Source: Octopus bimaculoides (taxonomy: Eukaryota). Taken from it: a DNA stretch of 55,159 nucleotides. The DNA lies in NCBI RefSeq assembly GCF_001194135.2, contig NC_068995.1, forward strand, positions 28,469,080 through 28,524,238, in the 5' to 3' direction. Positions 1-11,769 of the stretch are shown here, piece by piece. Each line of letters starts with the position of its first letter. Within the stretch, counting starts at the first letter, position 1. The notes under the pieces were generated by a model. It ran no database searches. It worked only from the letters and a program-made list of their open reading frames with translations, and was not told the DNA's origin. Made by a program: the position numbers and the translations under genes.

Positions 1-154
1 TATGTGACAATTAGTTGGTTGTCATAATAAAACTCAGAGTTTCGGATACCGGGGTTGAAGTCTGCTCTGTCATCTCATCGGTTATTAAGACAAAACGATA
101 TGAAAAAAAAAAAGAAAAACGTTGAATAAAGGGAAATCACTCCGATAGTAATAT

Positions 155-202
155 TTCATTCATAGAATCTGCATATGCACAAATATACACACACATACAT
201 GT

Positions 203-245
<43 letters not shown>

Positions 246-670
246 TGTATATATATCTATATACATACTCACACACGCGTGTACATATACATACAAACAC
301 ACACACATGTACATATATATGTGTCTACGCCTACATGCACACGCATATATACCCATGCGCGCATCACTACGCTCATATATACATCTCTACACGCACACTC
401 ACATACATACGCGGATATACAAAACGTAGTTTATACGCACATACACATACAAACGCGGATATACAAAATGTAGTCTATACGCACATGCACATACATACGC
501 GGATAGACGTATATACAAATAAAAACACATACACAAAAAACATAAACCGTAAAACATTCACATTTGACGCAAAACTTGAATATACAAAACTTGAATATAC
601 ACAAATACACACTCTTGTCTGTCAATCGTTCGTACACATGTATATATGCACGCACATACACAATATAGGC
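155..670 (+). repeat. Left arm of a long inverted repeat (CA/TA-rich, with acatacgcggatatacaaaa subrepeats)
   Basis: Reverse complement of ~2190-2876, e.g. aaaacttgaatatacaaaacttgaatatacacaaatacac versus gtgtatttgtgtatattcaagttttgtatattcaagtttt. Confidence 0.85.
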
Positions 671-1040
671 GTATTGTGTAACTTACACTTGCTTACCAAC
701 CACATGGTTCCGGGTTCAGTCCCACTGCGTGGCACCTTACAATAGCCTCGGGCCGACCAAAGCCTTGTGAGTGGATTTGGTAGACGGAAACTGAAAGAAG
801 CTCGTCGTATATATGTATATATATATGCATGTGTGTGTATATGTTTGGGTGTCTGTGTTTGTCCCCCCAACATCGCTTGACAACCGATGCTGGTGTGTTT
901 ACGTCCCCGTAACTTAGCGGTTCGGCAAAAGAGACCGATAGAATAAGTACTAGGCTTACAAAGAATAAGTCCTAGGATGGATTTGCTCGACTAAAGGCGG
1001 TGTTCCGGCATGACCACAGTCAAATGACTGAAACAAGTAA
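665..1040 (+). mobile_element. tRNA-derived SINE, family A (rearranged head, small internal deletion)
   Basis: High identity to the copies at 18956 and 30779; B-box-like ggttcagtccc; 3' end gtcaaatgactgaaacaagta. Confidence 0.88.
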
Positions 1041-1109
1041 ATTATAAAGGGTGAAAAATAATATACAGAAAAAATATATAAAGTAATAAAATATATATAA
1101 ATATATAAG

Positions 1110-2060
1110 AGATGTTAAATAAGAATATTTACAAACTCCATAGAAAGCCCAACGATAGACTTAGCTATATTAATGGAGGTTCCTGCCATCCCCCCATAGT
1201 ATTTCAGAATTTAGATAAAAACGTTAGCAAGAGAATTTCTAGCCTCTCCTCCAATATAAACATTTTATAGTGTTGCTCCAATATATAATAAAGCTCTAGA
1301 AGTGGTTTTCGCGAGGAAATAGCCTATATACCTGTCATTAATCCAGTAACAAAAGGAAAAATAGGAATAGGAAAATCATCTCACCCGAAGTGACTTTTAA
1401 TATATGTAGATATTTCTTATCTATAAAGATAGAAATGCCTATCTATAAAGATAGATAGGCATTTTCCAATCAATCATAATTATAGAAAGCTATTTAATAG
1501 GCACAGCTTAAAAATTAGTTTTAGTTCTACAACTAACTTTAAAAATATAATTGCACATAACAAACAAAAACAACAAAATGAAACCGGCTGTTCCTGCAGA
1601 GTTAAAAATTTGTGCCCGCTAAATGGAGCTTGTATGACCGAGGCCATCATTTATGAAGCCACCGTAGACTCTACAACCACTTAGGACATAGTTTCGTCAA
1701 AGAAATATGTGGGTCTCACAGAGGGAAATTTTAAAGCCAGGTTCAACAATCACACCTTAAGCTTCAGACACTGAGATAAAAGGAAAACAACCAAATTATC
1801 CAGTTATATATGGTCCTTAAAAGAAAAGGGTGTCAAATATAAGATTCACTGGAAGATCTTGGCCAAGTGTAAGCCTTACACCAACGGCAGTGGAAAGTGT
1901 GGTCTTTGCGATATAGAAAGATGGCTCATTTGGAAAAAGTTCTTTAGACCCTGCTACATGTCTAAATTCAAGAACTGAACTTTTTGGGTCATGTCCACAT
2001 ATGGCAAAACATTTGCTACATTTTTGGACCCCCGCCCATGATCACAGATAAAACCTGCTT
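1110..2060 (+). mobile_element. Penelope-like retroelement, 3' ORF remnant (RT thumb, linker, GIY-YIG endonuclease)
   Basis: Hand translation: HRKPNDRLSYINGGSCHPP...HFPINHNYRKLFNRHSLKISFS...CSCRVKNLCPLNGAC...IIYEATV...YVGLTEGNFKARFNNH...LSSYIWSLK...KCGLC. Two in-frame stops and frameshifts. Confidence 0.88.
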
Positions 2061-2094
2061 TTTATATTATGTCCACGTACAAGCCTTTCATATT

Positions 2095-2841
2095 TCTTAA
2101 CATATATATATTTCTATATGTTTTATTACTTTATATATTTTTCTGTATATTATTTTTCACCCTTTATAATTGTGTAACTTATACTCGTGTAGTATATACC
2201 TAATGTATATGTGCATGCATATATACATGTACGAATGATTGTATACATACGAGTGTAAAATTCTACCTGTTGTACATGTCTCCTTCCTTCATACATATAT
2301 GTATGTATATACGTTTATGTATCTGCAGGTGTAGATGTGTTTGAGAGACAGGCGAGTGTATTTGTGTATATTCAAGTTTTGTATATTCAAGTTTTGCGGC
2401 AAATGTGAATGTTTTACGGTTTATGTTTTTTGCGTATGCATTTTTATTTGTATATACGTCTATCTGCGTATGTATGTACATGTGGGTATAGACTACATTT
2501 TGTATATCCGCGTTTGTATGTGTATGTACGTATAGAGATGTGTATATGAATAGAATGATGCGTGCGTTTTTGCGTATGTGTTTTTATTTGTATCTATGTT
2601 TTCCGCTGATGTATATGCGTGTGCATATAAACAACGTTTTGTATATCCGCGTATGTATGTGTGTGTGCGTGTAGAGATGTATATATGAGCGTAGTGATGC
2701 GTGCATGGGTATATATGCGTGTGCATGTGCGTGTATGCGTAGACACATATATATGTACATGTGTGTGTGTTTGTATGTATATGTACATGCGTGTGTAAGT
2801 ATGTATATAGATATATATACATACATGTGTGTGTGCGTACA

Positions 2842-2876
<35 letters not shown>
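2095..2876 (-). repeat. Right arm of the long inverted repeat (PLE 3' region, putative pLTR)
   Basis: 2121-2171 is the reverse complement of 1040-1091 with one indel; the remainder mirrors 155-670; runs into the N gap. Confidence 0.85.
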
Positions 2877-3313
2877 NNNNNNNNNNNNNNNNNNNNNNNN
2901 NNNNNNNNNNNNNNNNNNNNNNNNNNNNNNNNNNNNNNNNNNNNNNNNNNNNNNNNNNNNNNNNNNNNNNNNNNNNNNNNNNNNNNNNNNNNNNNNNNNN
3001 NNNNNNNNNNNNNNNNNNNNNNNNNNNNNNNNNNNNNNNNNNNNNNNNNNNNNNNNNNNNNNNNNNNNNNNNNNNNNNNNNNNNNNNNNNNNNNNNNNNN
3101 NNNNNNNNNNNNNNNNNNNNNNNNNNNNNNNNNNNNNNNNNNNNNNNNNNNNNNNNNNNNNNNNNNNNNNNNNNNNNNNNNNNNNNNNNNNNNNNNNNNN
3201 NNNNNNNNNNNNNNNNNNNNNNNNNNNNNNNNNNNNNNNNNNNNNNNNNNNNNNNNNNNNNNNNNNNNNNNNNNNNNNNNNNNNNNNNNNNNNNNNNNNN
3301 NNNNNNNTATATA

Positions 3314-3344
<31 letters not shown>

Positions 3345-3384
3345 GTGTATGTGTGTGTGTGTGTGTGAATATATATATTATAGA

Positions 3385-4050
3385 ATGGAATAAACGAGGC
3401 AAAGCAACAGATACCACTGAAGAATTACGAAAGGTCAAAAGCAGATATATCCAATTAATTGCAACACAAAACACAAGAAACAGCAACATCCACCATTATC
3501 CATCAGAACATACCATTATTAAACCAGGGCCCAAGAATGAAAAAGACACTTGAATCATACAAAATAAACAAGTGCAGAAGACAACCGAAATCTTTTACCA
3601 AAGCTACTTATCTGTAACTTCCAGCTACAGATTCAACTTCAGCAGTTAAAAAGTGTGACTGCTCTAACTGCAGAACTTGTACCAACCCTATTGAGGACAC
3701 GTCATATAAATTTAGATTGGAACAAGATTTTACTATAAAAAAAACACTTTATTTATTCTTTAAAAAATTCGGTATCTGCTATCAAATGCAATGAACGCTG
3801 CGACGATTACATTGAACAAACGAAAATCATCTTAATAATGAGATTAACGATTCATCGATAGCAACTATGAGGTCCCAGGACACGACAAATCCCACTCAGT
3901 GAACATTTGGGCATATGTGCAAAAGCCAAACTCCGAAATTCCTAGTCTTCTCACATTATTAATGCGCAGACAACACGCCAGACCAAACACAAATATAAAA
4001 AAATCCGTTATTAAAAAATACGAATCAATAATATACGATTCACCATTTAC
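3385..4050 (+). mobile_element. Degenerate Penelope-like element (Neptune-like) GIY-YIG region
   Basis: VKKCDCSNCRTC Zn-knuckle-like linker, then IKCNERCDDYIEQT...MRLTIHR...RQIPLSEHL; multiple frameshifts. Confidence 0.65.
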
Positions 4051-4201
4051 TATGCATACTATCTATGGTTGAATAAGATCCCACCCAGCTGATGTAAATG
4101 ATTCATATTTCTCTTTTAAATTCGTTAATTACACTTTAATTTTTAACATAGCAAATTTCAGATATCTTCATTTAATTTTCACTAAGTCCTTTTTATCTTC
4201 C

Positions 4202-4345
<144 letters not shown>

Positions 4346-5439
4346 GTATTTGTTTCGTTGTTTATTCTAATACATGCACACACACGCATATATGCATTCC
4401 CACGCCCACACACCCATATTCTTTTCCTTCTGTCTTCTTTTCTTTCTTTAACACCCTCTCCTCTATTCATTTATATTTGCTCAGCAAATACACTTAAATA
4501 GATGTTATGAACATTTAGGAACCAAATAATTATTTCTTATTCTCATAAGATTTTTCAGCAACCTTCAACTGTACTTATTCAAACACAATTTTTCATTCCA
4601 AACAGTTTAAAAGTAACATTTCTTTTTCAACCATTTTAGTAAGAAAGACTGAATCATTCACTAAAGCAGTATAAAAAAACAAAAAAAATCACCACGCTTT
4701 GGCTAAATAAGATAATAGCTGTTCACAGCCTAAAGACTAAAGCAGCCTTAAATTCGGTTTTCATAGATACTGTTCTGACTCATATGACATATATGTACTG
4801 GACAAAGTCTTTGATGTGACCTTGCGCGGCCGTCACACGATGCAGCGGAAAAACTGACCGAAGATGTCCATTCCTAAGTACGTGACGATCCTGAACCAAT
4901 CAGTATGTACATCAACTGATAGCAATCAGAGCTACATTCTCTCAATAAAAACAAACGTCCAGTTAGAAAAGATACAGTTTGTGAAACAACTCCACACACA
5001 ACACACACTAGGTGAAAATCAACAGATGTAAAACCTGTTCTCCATACTATCCGTTTCTTCCTCCTTTCCTCTTCTCTGAACTCTTTCCACTATCCGACAA
5101 AGCGCCATGCTCGCGACGTCCTACTTTTACTTTTAATTTTCCACCTTAACTTTCACCAAGTGCCAAACTAACATATTCACTAAGTACGTCCGTTTGACTT
5201 TTGTTATTTTTGTCTTTGTTCTTAGTCACCGTTCACCCCAAATTCGTACACACGCGCGCGCATATATATTTCTTGTACTGCACATGCCAGATAGTATGGC
5301 ATCATCTCTTAGACTGGCAGTGTTAATAAGACTAAAGAATCCAATCAACCCTGCGATTGTATATAAACACAAGCGTGTATACACAATATTGGAATGGCTG
5401 TTGACTCACACGAGTTCCCCCGTCCTTCGTTCAAATAAA

Positions 5440-7025
5440 AAGAATCCAAATCTCTATGTGAAAATTACAGGCGGAAAAACCTGCTTGAAGTCATTGGTAG
5501 GGTTTTTGCAAAACTTAATCGGTTAACAGAGAGGATATGCACCTCTGTTATCGCAGAAAGTCAATGTGATTTTAAATCAGGTAATGGCACAATGGACATG
5601 TTTTTTTGTTTTTTTTTGTCAGCTCAGAGAGAAATGCATCGAACATGGTGCAGCTCTTCACTAGATCTTTGTCGATTTAACAAAAGCTTTCGACACAGTT
5701 ATCAAGTCTGCTCTCTAGATCATTCTCAGTAAACTTGGATGTCTACTTCAATTCGTCAACTCGTTTAAGCCACTCCATTGTGACATGAAAGTTCGTTTTA
5801 ATTTGAATGATTCACTCTCGGAGCCAATTAGCATCAACAGCGGGGTTAAACAAGAGATGTTCTTGCTTTAACTTTTTTTCATATATTTTGCTGTAACTGT
5901 CTCGTGCGCTTTCCAGGAATGCGACATCGGCGTCTACATTCGCTTCAGAACCACTGGTAAGGTCTTTGATATAATATGCACCGACGCAAAATCAAAGACT
6001 TTCCAAGCCCTTGTTCGTGAGCTTTTTTTTTTTTCTGCTGACGATGCTCACACCGAAAAAGACATACAGGCTATAGTGGATCTTTTCCCTAATACATGCA
6101 TTACTTTCGGACTCAACATCAGTTTGAAGAAAACAAAGGTCGTGTTCTCTCCGTCTCCAGGCCAGCCTATATCGTTGTTTGGATGAGGTCGGCTCTTTTA
6201 TCTACTTTAGCAGCATATTCTAGAGATGGATCCCTTGATTGTGAGATAAATCTGAGGATCGAAAAAACCAGCGAAATCTTTTGGAAGGCTAGAAAATCAG
6301 ATCTGGTGTAACGGAGGCATCCCCATCAAAACTAAGCTTTGCATCTATGAATCATGCGTCCTAAGTGCCCTTCTCTACTCTTCTAAAACTTGGATTACAT
6401 ATCGGGGTCACATCAAAGCCTTGGAAAGATTCCTTCAAGTTTACCTTAGGAGGATCTTAAACGTCAAACGGTATTCTTTAACACCAGACACTGTTGTTCT
6501 CCGAAGAGCCAATACATCCAGTATTAAAATGCTCCTCAAACGCTATTAAATGCGTTGGGTTAGGCACCTTGCTAGAAAGGGGATGACAGGTTACCTAAGC
6601 AGTTACTTTACGTGGTAAACGTCCGAAGAAACAGTTTAGGGATGTCGTCAAAAACAATCTTAAGGCTCTTAGTATAGATGTTGAATATTGGGAGATGTTG
6701 GAAAATCGATCTGCGATGGTTGTACAGCAAGGGAAATACAGAGAATCGAACAATCCATTTTGAAACGAGGAATTCATAAACAGGATTTAACCTCAAACCC
6801 AGTTACTTCTCAACCTGAACATGTTTGTAACGCTTGCAGTTGAGTATATTTGTCTAAAGCCGGACTTGTCAGTCATATGCGACAAGTCTCTTGTTTGTCA
6901 CGTGTATTACAAAACTTGCAAAAGTGAAGCCAGCCTGAAGAGCCACATGCATATCCATGAATGCACTTTACGTAATCGAAGAAATAGCCTTTTTCTGCAA
7001 AAAAAAGTGGCAATCATTATGTATG
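5440..7025 (+). mobile_element. Degenerate RTE (BovB-like) LINE: RT and C-terminal C2H2-like finger
   Basis: IFVDLTKAFDTV, SGVKQ, FFADDA, FGLNISLKKTKV and CKSEASLKSHMHIH motifs, with stops and frameshifts; ends in (TATG)n. Confidence 0.85.
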
Positions 7026-7027
7026 TA

Positions 7028-7268
7028 CAGGATTGGCCAAAAGTCACCTGACTAAATAAAAACCCTCATTTAATTCCAGGATTAAAACAAAAAATTATTT
7101 TATATGAGATTTCGCTAATAAACAGTCAAATGTTGAAAAACAAAACGGTGATTTTAACTCACAGCATTCAATTATTAAACATTCATAGTTGGAATGAATA
7201 AATAAAATTGAATATTAAATATTCATGGAATTTTGATTTACTGTCGGGTGACTTTTGGCCAAACTATG
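7028..7268. mobile_element. ~240-bp MITE, Tc1/mariner-like, inserted in a (TATG)n tract
   Basis: Terminal inverted repeats ttggccaaaagtcacctgac / gtcgggtgacttttggccaa; TA on both flanks. Confidence 0.8.
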
Positions 7269-7744
7269 TATGTATGTATGTATGTATGTATGTATGTATG
7301 TATGTATAAAGCTACTACTGAAGGTAAATAATATGACTAAGACCACCACGGATTGTTTACGCTGTAATTATGTTTGGGCTGGTTAGTGCTAATAGTTTGT
7401 AGCTCATTAACAGAGTTTATCTTTTGTGACAATAAAAAGAGAGATAAGGTTTTTTTTAGTGGATACCGCTAGCTGTTTGCAGTATAGCTGTTTTTCTCGA
7501 GGGCAGTTACGAACTTCAGGCGAATTTCCAGACGAAGCGAGACAGTAAGACGGAATTACTTGTTCCTACACCTTCAGACATTCAAAAGTGTACATATTGC
7601 TCAAATCTTCCTTTGAAATCATTGGTTGATATGCCTGTGTGGGGTCTCGGATGCCATAATATGGTATGAATGTAAATCAAAGATCACAACTGCGGCAGGA
7701 TACTCTTAGTGTATTATTGGTGGGGTTTTGGATAATATTTAGAT

Positions 7745-7840
7745 GTTTAGATGTCTAATGTGAGGTTCAAAAAATCAGCCGAATATCCATGGCGTGCCCA
7801 TTCATATGTCTTGAGATTGACTGGTCCTTTTCTCTCAGAG

Positions 7841-7889
<49 letters not shown>

Positions 7890-8690
7890 AACCAATTCAA
7901 AATCACAGTTACGCACAGCAGCCATTGAAACCAAGGGCTTGTGTGCTGGAGTGTTATCCTGATGAAACGACTCGCGTCGTAGGTTTTCCTGGGCGTTTGG
8001 TCTTCGTGGCCTTTCATAACTGCCCCAGCAAGCTGGCATAGTAACCTCCATTGATGGTGTGACCCTTTTGAAGTTATTCTATAAATACAATGCCTTTTGC
8101 ATTCTCAAAAAACTGAGGTCATCACTTTCCTGCAGATGAAACGACGGTGGCCTTCTTTGGAGCAGGTGAGGAGGGTTGTTTCCACTGCATAGACTGACTC
8201 ATTGTGTCTGGCTCAAAGTGATGAACTCAACACTCATCCTGGCTTAGGAAACCAGCTGTATTTGCCTCAAACAGTGTCAAATTTTCCCGTGATGTGATAA
8301 GCCTGGTGCATTTTTGATCAGGTGTCAGAAGATGTGGCACTCACAATGCAGAAATCTTCACCATGCCAAGTTCATTGTGTAGAATATTCTCAACTCTTTC
8401 ACGTGATATACTAATGGCTTTGGCTATTTGATTTATAGTCAATTGCCTGTCATCTAACTCCCGTACTTGAGTTATAGAGAGAGCCATTATGTGATTTTAT
8501 GACCTGCTTGAATTCTCCCTCACATCACAATTCTTTTTCCTTAACTGTAAGAAATCAAATGTGGTCTTAGATCTGTGTATATATACATCTGATGTCCAAT
8601 TTCCATTTCTGAAAATAGATATCTTAATTATTTAGAACTCTTCCCTCAAATTTCATCCAAAGTTTTCATAGCCTTTTAAATATTGGGATA
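7745..8690 (-). mobile_element. Mariner transposase remnant with a (GA)n tract at the YSPDL region
   Basis: Minus strand: ENILHNELGMVKISA-VPHLLTPDQK, WVHHFEP-like, HQDNTPAHKPLVSMAAVRNCDFELVD. Confidence 0.85.
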
Positions 8691-9064
8691 TATCACGAAT
8701 TTTACGTTGTTTTTCAGATGGGAGTAAGAGTAAATGTTTATGTAAGGCAATTTCCTGATAATTTTGTAACTGGTACATTCAGCTGGATGAACTGAAGCAA
8801 TTTTAATTAAATCTTGTGTTCAAATGCACAACAAAATATCTGTACTGTATTTGAACTGAAGTCCTATAACCCAGTAACCAATCTCTCGGCTATTTCGCTT
8901 CTTCCAAAGCTTGCATTTGGAAATACATAAATATCATTGATTCTTATAACCTCTTCCTATAACTTTGGAACTTTAAGTCGAATTAAGAATTTATTATTCC
9001 AATTACCTCAAAAGCATAAAACACCCACTCACACATACCACCACCAGCACCATTGTTCCTGCTG

Positions 9065-9074
9065 CTGCTGATAT

Positions 9075-9120
<46 letters not shown>
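9065..9120 (+). repeat. (ACT)n/(ACC)n trinucleotide tract
   Basis: Direct inspection. Confidence 0.9.
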
Positions 9121-9689
9121 TTCTTTTCTTTCTGCTTCCACTGACAGTCTTTATCTCTCTGTTAGCCTATATGTTTAATTTTCTTTGAAGATTTAATTCC
9201 TGTCAGTTTTCTATCGATCGTCTGGATTACTTGAAAAGTAATGAGAGAACATAATTTATTTTGCTCCCCACTTTCTTGTCCCATTACCCCCAATATATTC
9301 TACAACGGCCAAAAAGACTCCAATTAAACTACTCACTTCCGACTACAAGATGATCCACCCAGCCATTATCATCATCACCACCATAACAACATCAACAGCT
9401 GATAGACCTAATGTTACTTCCACTGACTGCAACACACTCCAACATATCAGCATTGCATCACCGCCTCCATTGCCATCCCTCACGATAACAACCACTGAAA
9501 CCAACAGGATTTAACTCGCAATGTAAGGAAAATCTAATCAGAAACTAATAACTTCTTCTTTTACATCAAAAGAAAAGCGGATACAGAATTCCTTTGATCA
9601 TAACTATCACTTATAATTGCATTGCGTGTACTCGTTTCTCTTGCAATTCTTGACTTTGTTTTGTTATTTGGGAGATTAATACAATTGTT

Positions 9690-9900
9690 AAAGCACTGGG
9701 CAGACGGTTTGGTGTATTTCATCCTACTCTTTAAGTTCTAAGTTCAAATCCCGAGGTCAATTGTTGCCTTTCATCTTTTCAGAATCGTTAAAATAAAGTA
9801 CTAGTTACGTTGGGGTTGATGTAAACGATAAACACCTCCGCCGACCTAAAATTGCTGGCCTTGTGCCAAAATTTGAAACCATCATCATCATTATCCTGAT
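9690..9900 (+). mobile_element. SINE family C, diverged
   Basis: gttcaaatc B-box, then gcctttcatc...ataaagtac...ggggttgatgta...ggccttgtgccaaaatttgaaa; homologous to 52810-53030. Confidence 0.7.
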
Positions 9901-10019
9901 TTGCCTTTGCTTTAATATATAAACGTTGTACTGAAGTTTGCATCTAAAGATACTAATTGTTGAGGTGCCTTGCAATTAAAAAAAATGATGTCTCAGTGTA
10001 AAAAAAAAATCTCTTTATT

Positions 10020-11680
10020 ATAACAATGAATGAGTAAAATAGCATTTGCATGGAAAAAAATTTGCGTCATTTATTTTGAGCCTGCCAGGCATTTGATTTA
10101 TGTATTTGTTTGCTTCATTTAATATAATTCCAAGAGCTCCAGAAACAATTGGTAATGGTGTTGCTTTGAGATGCCACATTTTTCAGATTTCTGTCCAAGT
10201 CCTTATATTTGCTCAATTTCTCAAACATTTTTAGAGATATGTCTTTTGAACATGATTTTTCTCAATGATATCTGGTCGGTTAACATGAATTTTCCGACCA
10301 GTCTGAACTCTTCCAGAGGATGGTAACTTCAGCATTCTGGAGGACTTTTTGTGGTTTATGTTCCCAGTTATTGAGAGAGAGGTTGTATGTGTGGTATATT
10401 GACCAGTGTGTGTACTGAGCTGCCCTGTCGTGTCTTTGCAAGTACTTCGTTAGTGCAAGTCGGCAGCATCCAGAAATTATGCTCTCTGCATACGCGGCAC
10501 GAAGGTTGCTTCTTTCATGTTTCAGAAATTACACTGGGAATTCCTAGTTGGGAGGCACTGATCCTGAACTGCAATGATATTCACCCCTCCTCAGTTTCTG
10601 GTTAAGACCAGAATATGCCATCCACTGATGGGTAACGGTTTGATCTACATCAGAGTCCTTGACTCTAATCGGGGATTTTCCATGCTGTGGTTTTTGCTCT
10701 CATTTCTCTTTAGTGCGTTGGTAGCTGGTTTGTTTAGCTACGTTTTATTTGTTTTACCTTTTCAGTTGTAGAACATTTCCTTCATATACTGGGTTGTCGA
10801 GCTGCGTTTCCCGAAGGTATATTATTGCATTTTTAGTCATTGAGTGCAACTTTTTAGTATGTTCATGTTTCAGTACCAGCTTTAACATCCAGTTGTTTGT
10901 TGTAGATAAGCAAAATGCCGCATGGTAGCAATTTTCAATGAGAGTCTAGAATTTATCGTCTCTCGACTACCTTCTTTTCTCGGCAGGTGTATTCGATCTA
11001 TGTCGGCTTTTGGGCGATGCATATGTTGCATCGTTAGTAGATTTCGGATTTTGACATCAACTTTCTTGATTTTATTAAAACATTGAAGCTGTATGTGATT
11101 ACTGGCATAGCCAATGTGCTTATGGTCTCAATTTTATTTCTGGCATTCAACTCGATTTTCAGAATGTCTCGTACTCTACGACAGTGTTCCTTTCTTATCT
11201 TTTTTCTCATAGTAAGTGCTTAATTTCATTTCAACCACAGACACCAAGATACTTATACCTGCCATCAGATCCTAATTATTTTATTTTGGTATTTCTATGT
11301 TACATGTGTTCGATAGTTTTCCTTTGACAAATGTAACCCTGGCGCATTTGTCAAGTTCAAATGCCACTAAATTGTTTGACTGTATTGGGCGCTAATAGGT
11401 GTCGATTATTTTCTGCTAAAAGTTTCAAGTCATCCATATAGAGAAGATAGATTTTCTATACACCTTGTATTCATAATTGTTTTTTTCATCTAAGAGTTTA
11501 CTTAAGCGAAAGTGTACTAAACAGAATAACAGAGAAGATAATGAATCCCCCCGGAAGAGTCCACAACAAATACTGACTTCTCCAGAATTTTTTGTCCTTG
11601 TACCTGTGTTGAGAATTAATCTTCTTCGTTTTTCTTCTCTTTCAGTTTTGTTTCCATTTCTTGCTGAGCGTCTTCCTGAC
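10020..11680 (-). mobile_element. R4/Dong-like RLE-type LINE, 5'-truncated copy 1
   Basis: GLFRGDSLSSLLFCL, FELDKCA, DVDQTVTHQW...VQDQCLPTRN and SKYKDL...WHLKATPLPIVSGALG. Confidence 0.8.
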
Positions 11681-11769
11681 ACTTAGCGCAAAGAAACTCA
11701 CTGTATACATTGATAGGTCATTAAATTAAAATAAATTGTTCATTTTCAAAATGAAATGAAATTACGTGA

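Noticed and set aside
1772-1774. In-frame TGA in the PLE GIY-YIG region as a selenocysteine codon (some PLE clades are reported to encode selenoproteins)
   Set aside because: It is not at a conserved Cys position (all visible Cys are TGY), it is explicable as CGA>TGA, an in-frame TAG also occurs at 1682-1684, and no SECIS was seen.
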